Shown piece after piece: positions 47,400-59,767 of a stretch of DNA of 64,000 bases. The stretch is from assembly GCF_001194135.2 (NCBI RefSeq), contig NC_068981.1, forward strand, positions 172,993,333-173,057,332, read 5' to 3'. The DNA comes from Octopus bimaculoides (Eukaryota). Both the position numbers and the translations under genes were made by a program. The notes beneath the pieces are model-generated. The model saw only the letters and a list, made by a program, of their open reading frames with translations. It did not search any database and was not told the DNA's origin. Positions within the stretch are counted from its first letter, which is position 1, and every line of letters starts with the position of its first letter.

Positions 47400-47760
47400 T
47401 CTTCGCATATCTTCCAAGACTCATGAGATCAATGTAGTTGATATTCAGTTTGAATATCTACTAATCAATATCTGTGAGAAAAGACTTGGACAGGAAGGGA
47501 AATCCAGAGCGTTAAAATTTGGGAGAGAAATTATGGGCACTGTGGTCTTACTGCAAAGCTTGAATATACAGAAGGTACAGAATGGATTATGACCTGATGT
47601 GGAGGCAATATGCAACTAGCTAGCTCTGGGGAGCAAAGACTGTTGTAGTAGTGGTAGTAGCAGACTAAAGTGACAATATATCTGTAAGCAAGAGAGATTG
47701 GAGTATGTTAGTAAGTCCTTACCAACTGATTAGATTTCCTTCCTTGGATTCATTCTAAGA
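47400..47760 (-). mobile_element. Decayed CR1/Jockey-like LINE ORF2 C-terminus
   Basis: PISLAYRYIVTLVCYYHYYNSLCSPELASCILPP resembles the recalled L..RR.VASL..FYRY..G.CS.EL motif. Confidence 0.5.
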
Positions 47761-47966
47761 TGTTTTTGTACATGGCAGCAACACTATCCCAGATGTTGAA
47801 GTACTATATTGTATACCCCATTTGAACTTTGACATTGAGTTGCAAGGTCTTTTCCTCCTCTGTTTTCTTGAGAGGCTGCTTGCTAGAGCAACCATAAGCC
47901 AACAGGTGTGGGATCTGATGCTTTATGGATGTGAAACCCAGGGTAATCCCATAAACCAGCCTTACC

Positions 47967-48009
<43 letters not shown>

Positions 48010-48659
48010 CACACACACAAACATACACATACAGAGATATGCATATCATACATATACATACAAATACACACAAATATATATGTTCCAAATTTGTCAGAGG
48101 TACAAAGGTACATGAACAGTAGTCCTAAGTGGGAAGTGAGGTGGGGGAAAGGTATGGAGAGAAAGCAGGAGGAAGTAAATGACCAACCAGATTGCACTTA
48201 AAATGTGTTCAGGACAAGGATAAGCTTGAAGGCTTGTAACTTAAATATTTCTGCATGAGGGTAAAAATAGTTGATTTTTTCTGTTTTATACAGTGTCTTC
48301 TGGTAGTCAGATTTTTAGAATTTTTTGGGGTTAAGCAAAGATTGCTCATGCTGCCTTGTCCATCATATCTATTCTCTATTTCATGGTAAAATTTTCTATT
48401 TCTTGATCCTTTAAATTCTAGATGAACTTCAACAATGAGGTGGAGTTGCATTCTCACTGTACTATTTGAGTAAATGAACAGTGAATCAGGCCTTGATTGG
48501 GTTTTGTATAAGTTCAACATTTTTTTTTTTGTCTATCCTATTAGATTCTAAAACACATGCTCTACACACCAGCTCCTTTTCAAGGCATTTGCTATTCAGG
48601 GGACAGTTGACTTTGTTCCTAAAGTTACATCTGCATTGGAATGATTGTATATTGTTTCT

Positions 48660-48887
48660 TATTTCCTTATTGCTTCAAGGGGCTAAACATAGAGGGGACA
48701 AACAAGGACAGACAAAAGGATCAAGTCGATTACATCGACCCCAGTGCGTAACTAGTACTTTATCGACCCCGAAAGGATGAAAGGCAAAGTCGACCTCAGC
48801 GGAATTTGAACTCAGAACGTAACAGCAGACAAAATACCATTAAGCATTTCGCCCAGCATGCTAACATTTCTGCCAGCTTGCCGCCTT
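48660..48887 (-). mobile_element. SINE family B with 18-bp TSD
   Basis: TSD TGATTGTATATTGTTTCT at 48642-48659 and 48888-48905. Confidence 0.92.
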
Positions 48888-50499
48888 TGATTGTATATTG
48901 TTTCTGATTACTTCATTGTTGTTAAGAATTTAGGTTCCTATATTACCTAAACAATTATATTGCCTATCAGGTTTGACAGAATTTTTGTTAAAGATTTTGT
49001 AACATTTGTAAGCTGAGAGAAAAGGTATGTTTACAAGGATCAAGAAAAATTTGGCTATGACTGTAGTTTACTCAAAGCAGTGGATTAAACCTTGTGGTTC
49101 TTGTTTTTATACTTACTAGTTCTAGCTACGGTTTGTTCTATATAATTTATTTTTTCATTGAAACTGTGTTTCTTTATTATATTATGGTGGTATACAGTAG
49201 CCTAATTAAAAATGTTCTTATCTAAAGATAGAATAGAGATGCATTTACTCATAATATACTCAATAATTTGAAGTCTTTGTTTACATAAGTAGAAACTTCA
49301 TTCAGCTTATGGAATGGCCTAATGTTTGCCAGTATATAAATTCATCATATCTAGAAAGTTTACTATATTTAGATTGGTTTTTTATGGTTATTATTATGTT
49401 TTTCTCAGTCTATTCATGTCATATCCATTTCAGTTATGTACTATGCTGAGTCCATCATTTCTATATAATCCTATACTAATTTTTTTTATTTCCATGCATG
49501 TGCAGAATATACAGGCCTACAAAATCTGATATTCTCATAGAATGATGGGGATTTCCTAGCATTCGTAATTATACTAACATTAATGTCTGTTATAGTAGCA
49601 TACAATTTACCAAACACTATTACTTGCAATTGATGATTCCTAGAAATCAGTGGGTTAAATCCTACTATATCAGACTGGATTAACCTTCAGTTAGTTTTAT
49701 AATTGATACTGCTAAACCACTTAACAATAGCACTACAATTCTTTGATTACATTAAATTTGTAGCTTATCTAACTCTTAAATTGATAAAGTTTAAATTACT
49801 ATAATCTAAGAGTAGGTTTTCTGACAATACCTAGGTCAATTTATGTGAGTTTATAAGTCGGCATTTATCATTGTGTGTGTGTGTTTGTGTTTGTGTGTAC
49901 ATACATGCATACATGAACCATAAAAAGTCAGACGGTATGAAAGATGAATATATTTATTTAACCACTTGACATCCTTAGGATTATGGCTGTTTCTCAGCCA
50001 TCTTGTAAAAATTTCAGTGCGGAATAAAATCATATTTATATGCTTGCATTAATATGTATGATGCAAATAAAGAAAGCTAGCTCACCAGATCACTAGAACA
50101 TCATGGTAAGAAACGATTCCACTCTAAGTATATATACAAAATATTTTTATATATGCAAGGTATGGAAGCCCAAAATTAGCTTGATTTGGTTAGTAAAACT
50201 AGAGATATGTTGTTTTCCATCAGTTAAGGTGCCAGGGAGCTGACCATCCTTAATGTTAACAAAAAAAAAACAGGAACAGATAAAAAGAGGAAGTAAAGTA
50301 TTTGAAGTAAAAATTAAAAACATAAATAGATTTAAAAAGTATATAAAATTACACAAACAAAAGTCGCAACAATGTCATTTTTATTTCATGTTGTAACATT
50401 ATAATCAGCTAAATAAATGGCCTCTTCATAACTAAATGTTCTTCACTAATTCATTTCTCAAATGCATCATCATCATCCAAAGCATGTTGTTACATATAC

Positions 50500-50530
<31 letters not shown>

Positions 50531-50547
50531 TATGTACAGATTTTACA

Positions 50548-51128
50548 GAAGACACATGGCTTAGTGGTTAGGGTATTTGGGTCACAATCATAGGGTCGCA
50601 AGTTCAATTCCCGGTGGCATGTTGTGTCCTTGAGCAACACGCTTTATTTCTCAGTGCTCCAGTCCACTCAGCTGGCAAAAGTGAGCGTTTCAAGTACCTG
50701 TATTTCAAGGAGCCAGCCTTGTCATTCTCTGTGTCATGCTGAATCTCCCTGAGAAGTTTGTGAAGGGATACGCATATCTGTGGAGTGCTCAACCACTTGC
50801 ACCTTAATCTCATGAGCAAGCTGTTCTTATTTCTTTATTGCCCACAAGAGGCTAAACATAGAGGGGACAAACAAGGACAGACAAAGGGATTAAGTCGATT
50901 ACATCGACCCCAGTGCGTAACTGGTACTTAATTTATCGACCCTGAAAGGATGAAAGGCAAAGTCGACCTCGGCGGAATTTGAACTCAGAACGTAATGGCA
51001 GACTAAATACCGCAAAGCATTTCGCCCAGCATGCTAACGTTTCTGCCAGCTCGCCGCCTTTAATGAGCAAGCTGTTCTGTTAATCAGATCAACTGGAACC
51101 GTTATCATCGTAAGCAACAGAGTGCCAG
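50548..51128 (+). mobile_element. SINE sharing the family C 3' module but with a different central domain
   Basis: A box TGGCTTAGTGG, B box AGTTCAATTCCC; 3' half matches 32770-32960. Confidence 0.82.
50828..51062 (-). mobile_element. SINE family B nested in a family C SINE, 16-bp TSD
   Basis: TSD ATGAGCAAGCTGTTCT at 50812-50827 and 51063-51078. Confidence 0.92.
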
Positions 51129-51396
51129 TTAAGCATATAAATAAACAAATACAGTACATTAGCAGAGCTTTCTGTGGTAGCCACATGATTCTCTAAATCC
51201 ATATCTTATATTATAAATGTGTGTGTGCATGTGCATGTATTTGTATAGATATATAGCTAAAGAGAGAGAAGGGGAGAGAGAGAGGTGGAAGAGGATGAGA
51301 AAGAGGAACAAAAATAGGCAAGCAGAATAACAGGACTGACAGTGAGGGTTTGTCTAGTACATCTTTCTTTGTATTCCTGCTTCTGAAATTTATTCT

Positions 51397-51397
<1 letters not shown>

Positions 51398-51460
<63 letters not shown>

Positions 51461-51556
51461 TGTATGTATGTATGGATGTATGGATGTATGCATGCATGCA
51501 TGCATGCATGCATGCATGCACGTACGTACGTACGTACGTATGTATGTACGTATATA
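51398..51556. repeat. Serial microsatellite (TA)n-(TATG)n-(TGCA)n-(CGTA)n
   Basis: Read directly. Confidence 0.95.
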
Positions 51557-52721
51557 AACTAGTAACTGTTATGTATACAATTAGGGCAATTATTGCTTTA
51601 TGAAATAGCATCTGCCATTAACAAACCATAACACTATAACTGTAGTTGTCTATGTTAATGGCTATTATACAATAGCTGAAATTTTATAGAATCATTCCTC
51701 TATGAGAAACCTGATTGAAAGAGACACCACATGCATCTGTCATAAAATCATTGTAATGACAGAAGTGGACTGAAAAATGTGTAACATTTACTTAAATTCC
51801 ATTTTGAGTTCAAATTCTGGGATAAATAACTATTTATCCACATGCTGAGGATACAACTAAATCAATTTTATTCCTTTTCTGAAATTTGAGTTCTTGTAAC
51901 AAAGTGAAAAATCAATGCTTCTGCAGAACCAGTTGAGCATCTTCGACACAATATCTTGCAGTATTTAGTTATGTCCCCTTACATACTGAGTTCAAATACT
52001 GCCAAAGCTGACGACCTTATGATGCTGATGCCATGTAAACAGCACAAAGTATGCTCTATTAAGTGGTTGACATTAAGAAAGATATCCAACCACAGAAAGC
52101 ATGCAAAAACAATGTAGTCTAAAGCGCTCCTCTAGTGAAGAAAATATGAAGAAGGTTAATCCATAAAGTGGAATGAGAAGAAAGAAAAGCAAAGTAAAAA
52201 AACCAATAGCTTTGTCCCCTTTGACTGTAGAAATTATAATTAATCTAGCGAGTGTAAAATAATATACCAGAGAATCTGTGTGACAGCTTCTCAATTCAGA
52301 CATGGAGATGTCTGTCACTTCAACAAAAGAAACTTGACCATGTGCCTGAATATGGTAAAAATTTCAGATCTGGAATGAAGTAGTGTGGTGGAATTCTTGG
52401 ATCTAAAGAGAATGTGCAATCTTTCAGCTACACATAATTTGCACCTCTTTGATCCATTTATATATGGCATAGATTTCTTCATGATTCTTCACTTGATTGT
52501 ATGTGGTGTGCAATCTTTATATCCAACTTAACATGGATCTTTTGTTAGAATGCCAAATACTGGGGTGTTTACCTCTCATATGGATATATGGTGCATAAAA
52601 GCACACATATTTATAGATCTTATGGAGGTCATGTTTATCTGTTTGAGATTTGTTGCATACGTGTGTGTGCATGCCACCACATACCAGCATGAAAAGCATA
52701 TGTAAAACAATATTGATAACG

Positions 52722-53042
52722 GCTGCTGCTGCTGCAGCTGACAATGATGACTCTGATGATGATGACTCTGATGATGATGACTCTGATGATGATGACTCTG
52801 ATGATGATGATTCTGATGATGATGACTCTGATGATGATGACTCTGATGATGATGATTCTGATGATGATGATGATGATTCTGATGATGATGATGATGACTC
52901 TGATGATGATGATGATGACTCTNNNNNNNNNNGATGATGATGATTCTGATGATGATGATGATGATTCTGATGATGATGATGATGACTCTGATGATGATGA
53001 TGATGACTCTGATGATGATGATGATGACTCTGATGATGACTC

Positions 53043-53093
<51 letters not shown>

Positions 53094-53181
53094 CAACGAT
53101 AATGACAATGACGACAACGACGAAGACAACGATGACGACTATGACAAAGATGACGATGACAACAATGACAATGATAATTGA
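52722..53181. repeat. Compound (GCT)n/(GAT)n microsatellite with periodic GACTCT/GATTCT interruptions
   Basis: Read directly; contains a 10-N gap. Confidence 0.95.
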
Positions 53182-53570
53182 TGATGATTATTGTATTCAT
53201 TCGTTTTGTTCATTTCGTATTCATACTAGATTGGGTGGAATGCAATGTAAATGGAAGTTATCAACTGTCTCAAGTGTGCTCATTTATATACATAACACTA
53301 TTGCATTAATTATGAGAAAAAAAAGGATAGTTTCATTAATATTAACTGTAAATTGATCAATAGAGAACTAGAATTCAAAGAATTTACAATGTTTAGTCAT
53401 GAGGATGGATAATGAGATCTTTTTTAACAGCAATAAGGAATATTAATATATAATTTATATAATTTAATATAATATAAAATGGCCATCTTTATGTAACTTG
53501 CATAAATTATCCAATGAAAATAACGTTTATTATAAAAACTAGATCACATAGATACAACAAAACACTTTCT

Positions 53571-53681
53571 TCGCATATGGAAAATGATTTCCAAACCGGA
53601 ATCCAAAAGTGGCAGGAACACTGGGATTGGTGTATTGCTGTGCAAGGTGACTATTTCAAAAGAGATGATGTTAAAACTTAG
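53571..53681 (+). mobile_element. Mariner transposase C-terminal remnant of a third family
   Basis: FQTGIQKWQEHWDWCIAVQGDYFKRDDVKT* matches the mariner RW.KCI...GDYF terminus. Confidence 0.7.
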
Positions 53682-53868
53682 GTGCAGGCATGGCTGTGTG
53701 GTAAGAAGCTCGCTTCCCAACCACATGATTCTGGGTTCAGTCCCACTGCATAGCACATTGGGCAAATGTCTTCTACTAAGCCTTGGGCTGACCAAAGCTT
53801 TGTGATATGTATATATGTTTATGTGTGTATGTATATGTATATATATTAATGTGTGTGTCTTTGAGTCT
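53682..53868 (+). mobile_element. SINE family A 5' half, running into a gap
   Basis: A/B boxes and core present. Confidence 0.8.
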
Positions 53869-54436
53869 NNNNNNNNNNNNNNNNNNNNNNNNNNNNNNNN
53901 NNNNNNNNNNNNNNNNNNNNNNNNNNNNNNNNNNNNNNNNNNNNNNNNNNNNNNNNNNNNNNNNNNNNNNNNNNNNNNNNNNNNNNNNNNNNNNNNNNNN
54001 NNNNNNNNNNNNNNNNNNNNNNNNNNNNNNNNNNNNNNNNNNNNNNNNNNNNNNNNNNNNNNNNNNNNNNNNNNNNNNNNNNNNNNNNNNNNNNNNNNNN
54101 NNNNNNNNNNNNNNNNNNNNNNNNNNNNNNNNNNNNNNNNNNNNNNNNNNNNNNNNNNNNNNNNNNNNNNNNNNNNNNNNNNNNNNNNNNNNNNNNNNNN
54201 NNNNNNNNNNNNNNNNNNNNNNNNNNNNNNNNNNNNNNNNNNNNNNNNNNNNNNNNNNNNNNNNNNNNNNNNNNNNNNNNNNNNNNNNNNNNNNNNNNNN
54301 NNNNNNNNNNNNNNNNNNNNNNNNNNNNNNNNNNNNNNNNNNNNNNNNNNNNNNNNNNNNNNNNNNNNNNNNNNNNNNNNNNNNNNNNNNNNNNNNNNNN
54401 NNNNNNNNNNNNNNNNNNNNNATATATATTACATTC

Positions 54437-54945
54437 ATTTCTATCTAGAGCATCACTTTTACCTTTGTAGCAGTTGACTATGGTGCTGCTACACCAGTCA
54501 TTGGGTATGACTCCATCATGAACTACCTGGTTTACAATGTGGGTGACTAGGCCATAGCCCACACCACCAGATGTTTTAAGCATCTCAGCAGTGATTCCTA
54601 ATCAGTCGGGGGCTTTTCCTGGCTTCATACCCTTAATTGCTTTATCTACCAGGGAGCTGTCTATTCGGATAGCTGGTCTCTCTACTGGGTCAACGTTTGG
54701 CAGGCTCCCCTCCTCTCATTCATTCTCCACATTCAGCAGTCTTTGATAATGGCTTCTCCAAGCCTCTTTCTTTTCCGAATCATTAAAAGCAAGTGCACCA
54801 TCATCCATGCAGACACATTTCTCTCCTGTGACATCACAATTTTCTCTCACACACTGTCTTGCAATCCGAAATACCCCAGTTCTTTGGTCCTCTCATCATT
54901 GGACATTGGCAAACTTCTTCTTTTCTGCTTCGCCCTTGGGAAAGT
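54437..54945 (-). mobile_element. RTE LINE fragment (EN-RT linker and start of RT), same family as 6170-8186
   Basis: Translates KKEAWRSHYQRLLNVEN...LVDKAIKGMKPGKAP...AEMLKTSG...[21 protein letters not shown], nearly identical to the start of the other copy. Confidence 0.88.
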
Positions 54946-55557
54946 TGTTGTAATATTTCTAGACGGGACGAAATGAAACAAAGGATAGTCAGTTAAGTAG
55001 GTGGGCAGCTAACCTAGTTGTGCTTTTCGGAGAGAAAGTGAGGGTGCAGGTAGTATAGAGAACAGCACCAGAGAGGAAGGGGGATTGAGAGAAGAGACAT
55101 CTGGTAATGGTGGTGAGAAATCGCTAGACAGAACGAAATGAAACGAAGGGCAACTGAGTTAGTTGCATATGTGCCAGGAGAGAGAGAGAGAGAGAGCGAG
55201 AGAGAGGAAGAGTGCGGGTAATATGTAGAGAACAGCCCAGTGAGGAAGAGCAGTGGAGAGAAGAGACATCAGGTAATGGTGGTGGGAGGAGAGAGAGAGA
55301 TATCTGGTGTAGATGGTGAGAAGACAGAGATAAAGATCAGGGTAAAGATCGAGATATTCGGTATTGGTAGTGGAGGGGGGCGGCAGGCAGTTTGATTTGG
55401 GGAAATGGTACGAGGATCTAACGAAAGTAGCAGGAGTGTTTAGTATAGCATACATTCATAGTGTTCATGGCGGATGAGAAATTAAAGTAGAGAAATGAGG
55501 AATAAGAAATTAAACAGGCCAAGAGACGAGTAATTATCCTAATTTAATTAGTTAACT

Positions 55558-55561
<4 letters not shown>

Positions 55562-55623
<62 letters not shown>
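55562..55623. repeat. (AT)n microsatellite (another at 47971-48006)
   Basis: Read directly. Confidence 0.95.
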
Positions 55624-55626
<3 letters not shown>

Positions 55627-56620
55627 CCTTTATGCTGTATTCTCAAAACGATACATCCTACATAGTTATGATCTGATGGAGCTCTTTGGCTTTTTAACGA
55701 TCTTAATGTTAAGTTTCGCTTCCTTCAGGGCTTTCCTAAATCTATGGGCTAGTTCTCCATGGGCTGTGGCCTCTACAAACATCACTTCTTGATATTTGTT
55801 GGTCTTGTACCACGTGTTCACCCTGTTTGCTTTGTCTCAAACTCTTTGTATCCTATTCCAGTTTTTACTTCCATATCTAGGGTATTACTTATAATGTTAT
55901 CTAACTTCTTTCTAGCTCCCCCATATACCCGATCCCTATCTTTCTGATCATATCCAGAGAATTGCATGCAGTGCATGAAGTTCTGTACATGCTTCTTTGT
56001 TTGATAGGGTTCGCATAGTGGGGATACGTTGTTCATTATCCTAACTAAGTCTGCTATCAGTATGTTGATTTTCATGTTGCGTGACAAAGCTGAGTTCTTG
56101 TGAACAACATATTTAGAAGCTATAGGCTTCATGTAATAGGAATGGAGGAGCTGCACTCCGTTGTTCACAGCCTCTAACCAAAGTTCAGTATCAAGGACAG
56201 GGAGTCTATTGTTAGGGTACCTAGTAGGGTAATTTATAGTAACCTTGATACTTCGGTGGATGGAGTTAGCTACATGCTGGATGCTCTCCATTATGTTCCT
56301 CTCAGTTTCTATATTGCAGTTACCAGAGTCTGTCCTAACTAGAATGATAATGTCATCTACATACCTACAGTAAAGTAAAACAGTAGTGGATTGTTCTGAT
56401 AAGGATTGTTTTAATTTTCTGTCCCACCAAGTCATGAAGAGGCCGGCCACATCTCCAGCCACACTAAAACCAATGGCTGCACCTTGAACATGCATGTGTA
56501 GTTTTTTGTTAAACTCTATACTTTGTGGTCCTTCAAAGTGGTTCTTATACTAGCCCCTATTGCATGTGCAATCATTCTTTTCACCTGACTGTTATTCCCA
56601 GGGTCTTGGGTGGGTTGCAA
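55627..56620 (-). mobile_element. Penelope-like retroelement RT fragment
   Basis: ORF 55818..56495 has GAAIG..VAG..AGLFMTWWD, YCRYVDD, YP...LPVLD and YYMKP; frameshifted extensions on both sides; runs into an (AT)n tract before any GIY-YIG domain. Confidence 0.85.
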
Positions 56621-56723
56621 ATTGCAACGAAAAATTTTAGTAAAAATAAGTGAGTGGAAATCGGTGAGTGTGTTAAATTAAGAAGGTGCTAAAAGAGAAT
56701 GACTCTCCCCAGACACAATAAGA

Positions 56724-57165
56724 TATATATATATATATATATACACATACACACACACATACATGACAGGCTTCTTTCAGTTTCTTATATTTACTGCCCA
56801 CAAGGAGCTACACACAGAGGGGACAAACAAGGACAGACAAACAGATTAAGTCGATTATGTCGACGTAACTGGTACTTATTTAATCGACCCCGAAAGGATG
56901 AAAGGCAAAGTCGACCTCGGCGGAATTTGAACTCAGAACACAGCAGCAGACGAAATACCGCTAAGCATTTTGCCCGGCGTGCTAACGTTTCTGCCAGCTC
57001 ACCGCCTTTCAGTTTCTACCTAACAGGCTTCTTTCAGTTTCTACCTAACAAATCTACTCATAAAGGCTTTGGTTGGCCTGGGACACCTGCTCAAGGTGAC
57101 TCATGGTGGGACTGAACCTGAAACCTAGTGGTTGGGAAACAAGCTTCTTACCACATAGCCACACC
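56724..57165 (-). mobile_element. SINE family A interrupted by a family B SINE
   Basis: Family A halves flank 56786-57006. Confidence 0.8.
56786..57006 (-). mobile_element. SINE family B nested in a family A SINE, 11-bp TSD
   Basis: TSD TTTCAGTTTCT at 56775-56785 and 57007-57017. Confidence 0.88.
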
Positions 57166-58261
57166 AGGATTGGCAAAACTATCAGAGGATTAAGAAAGAT
57201 GTCTTGCAATAATCTGCTCCCATTCTTTGTGTTCTGTCAGCAATGACTGCAATGACAATGCTATTGAATTGTATCAATCCAGGTTGGTAACTTTCCCTTA
57301 AATAAACATTGATGGCCTTTTCTTTCAATATACATCAGTGAGAGGAGACTTGCATATATAGAGCAATTGTTAGTTTTCCTCAACAAACTCTTGTTTAGGC
57401 TTGCATATACATGTACAGAAGCTTAGTCGACCTTGACTAATGTAGACCCTACAAGACGATGATCATGAATGTAAACATATGAATGTTTTTAATAGCTACA
57501 ATAACTCTGTGAGGAAGGCTGCTGTTTTAATTTTTAATTACAATTCACCCCAATATCAAATTACTTGTCTGAAAACAACTATTGTTGTTTTTGTATTTGG
57601 TTTGCAAGATTGTGTGTTGAAATAGATTTCAGTGTATCTCAAATGGTCATTATAACAATAATTAACATCTGCGTTGGTTCTGTTTCACTTCTTTTATTAA
57701 TATTGGTCAATTAGTTAACCTTTTAACCAGTTAACTATTCAATTGTTTGATAAATCATTCAGCCAATCAATCAATCAGCTTGGTCTATCGAAGTTCTTTG
57801 GTCACTATTCATAACCTCAATAATAACTACTCTAAGTTTGTCTACCTGTCTCTTATTGTACTATTCTTGTATTTTACTTCATTTGACTCTTTTACTAGTT
57901 TCATCCCTTTGACTGTGGCCATGCTGTAGCACTAGCTTCTATATGTCATCAAATACATTGACCCTAACACATAATTTCTTGACCAGGACTTACATTATTC
58001 TATCAACCTCAGAAGAGTGCAAAGCAAAATTGATTGAACTCAAACCATGAAAGAACCTAACTGAATTCCATGAAGATTTTCTTTTCTCTGATGCTCTACC
58101 AATTCTGCCAACCTGCAGATAGTATTGTGAGGTTTTTTGAGGAATTTTATTTTGTTTTTGTTTATTTATTGAACCTATTCCATTTCACTTTTGCTTCAAA
58201 TAACTCAAGGAGAAGCAGGAACTTCACAAATTCCAATGTCTCTGAAACCACCATCATCATC

Positions 58262-58500
58262 ATCACTACCATTATAATAAGATAGAAAACATCCATTTTC
58301 CATGCTGGTGTAGATTGGATGGTTTGATAAGACCTGGCAAGGCCAGGAGCTGCACCAGGCTCCATTGTCTGTTTTGGCATCATTTTCTACAGTTGGATGC
58401 CCTTCATAATGCTAACCACTTTACAGAGTGTTCTGGGTGCTTTTTATGTGGCGCCAGCACCAACAGGATCACCAAGTACCTTGCAAGATAAAAAAGCCCT
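58262..58500 (-). mobile_element. RTE-type 3' end
   Basis: Matches 8000-8186 (TAAAAAGCACCC...GGGCATCCA...CCAGCATGGAAAATGGA). Confidence 0.75.
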
Positions 58501-59194
58501 CAACTAGGAGGAGGAAGTAGTATTGAGTGTGTTGGTGGGGCTGGCTTTGTACCAGTTGAAAAATTAAGGGTATAGAGAGACAGCGATAGGTGTTTTGCAG
58601 TAGAGTAGATACATGGATACCCAAGTTAGAAAAGAAAGGAGAGTGAGTGAGTTAGAAAGTAAGATAAAGAGTGTGCGTGAGTCAGAGAGTAAGATAAAGA
58701 GAGTGATAGTGAGAGAGATGATGGCAAGGAGGTGTTAGTACATGTCCTTGAGGGACATTGGGGGTGGTGAGTGGACTGGATGAATGAACAGGATAGTGGT
58801 GACTGAAGCAAGTATGGAAAGAAATATAGGAGAGACTCGAGGTGGCGGGGCTGCAGTGGATATGTGAGGGTATTAAGGGTGATAGAAAATAAGTGAGGTG
58901 TTAATGAAGGAGAGAGGAGGTGATTGGTGGAGACAGTAGGCAAGGGAAGTTAATGGGACACAGAAATGGTTCAGGGTAGAGGAAGAAAGGCAATCGAGAA
59001 AACAGGAGGATGTAGTATGTGCCTATTCTGCTCTCAATGAGCTATTATACATTTATTATATTAATTAAGAAAATAATTATTTAATAAATAATTAAATAAA
59101 ATTAAGAAAATATGAAGTATGCCATAATAATAATTTGATAATGTTGTATAATTTTAATTTATAAATACCTTGTAATTTACTCCTCCAGCTGTTT

Positions 59195-59691
59195 ATGGTT
59201 GGTCAAGATCATTCTGCCCAGAGTGAGGCAGGACATTGATGTCTTGCTGGGGTTCAGCATCATGATAAGGCCAACCTAGGTGGGGGACTCCACTACATGC
59301 AGTGGTAGCATGTTGTCGATAAACAGGTCTACAATCTTTCTGTCCACCATAGACTGATGGATGCCAGTGCCAGCAGTTTGGGCAAACAACTCGTCAATGC
59401 TGGGTTGGTGTGCTTTCTTTGCACGTAGCTGTGATGACACTACTGGCACTGCTACCAGAAGATTGTCTGGTGTTTCCCATGGGAAGAGCCAGCCTTGATC
59501 TTCTCCTCAAACTGGAGGGCATGCACTGGGTGTTTCTTCTTGACATGCAACTTCAAGTTGTAGAGACTCACCACTTGTCCTTTGATGGTGGTCTCCTTGG
59601 ACTGGCACATGATGCGCCGGAAGTGCAGGATTTTGGCATTCCTCTTATCCCTTGACATAAGGACAAAGTAGTCCTCCATGTGGGGCCATGG
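59195..59691 (-). mobile_element. hAT transposase 5' fragment (degenerate BED finger and following helix)
   Basis: PWPHMEDYF...FRRIMC...YNLKLHVKKKHP, then after a frameshift VDRKIVDLFIDNMLPLHVVESP. Confidence 0.75.
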
Positions 59692-59767
59692 ATTCTGAGA
59701 CTCTGAGATCTGAATAGGGTTATTCTTTTTACTGAATACACATGTGGAACTCCATTAGTGTATACAG

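Noticed and set aside
52517-53356. Poly-His, poly-Ser, poly-Met and poly-Ile ORFs
   Set aside because: Alternative frames of the (GAT)n microsatellite.
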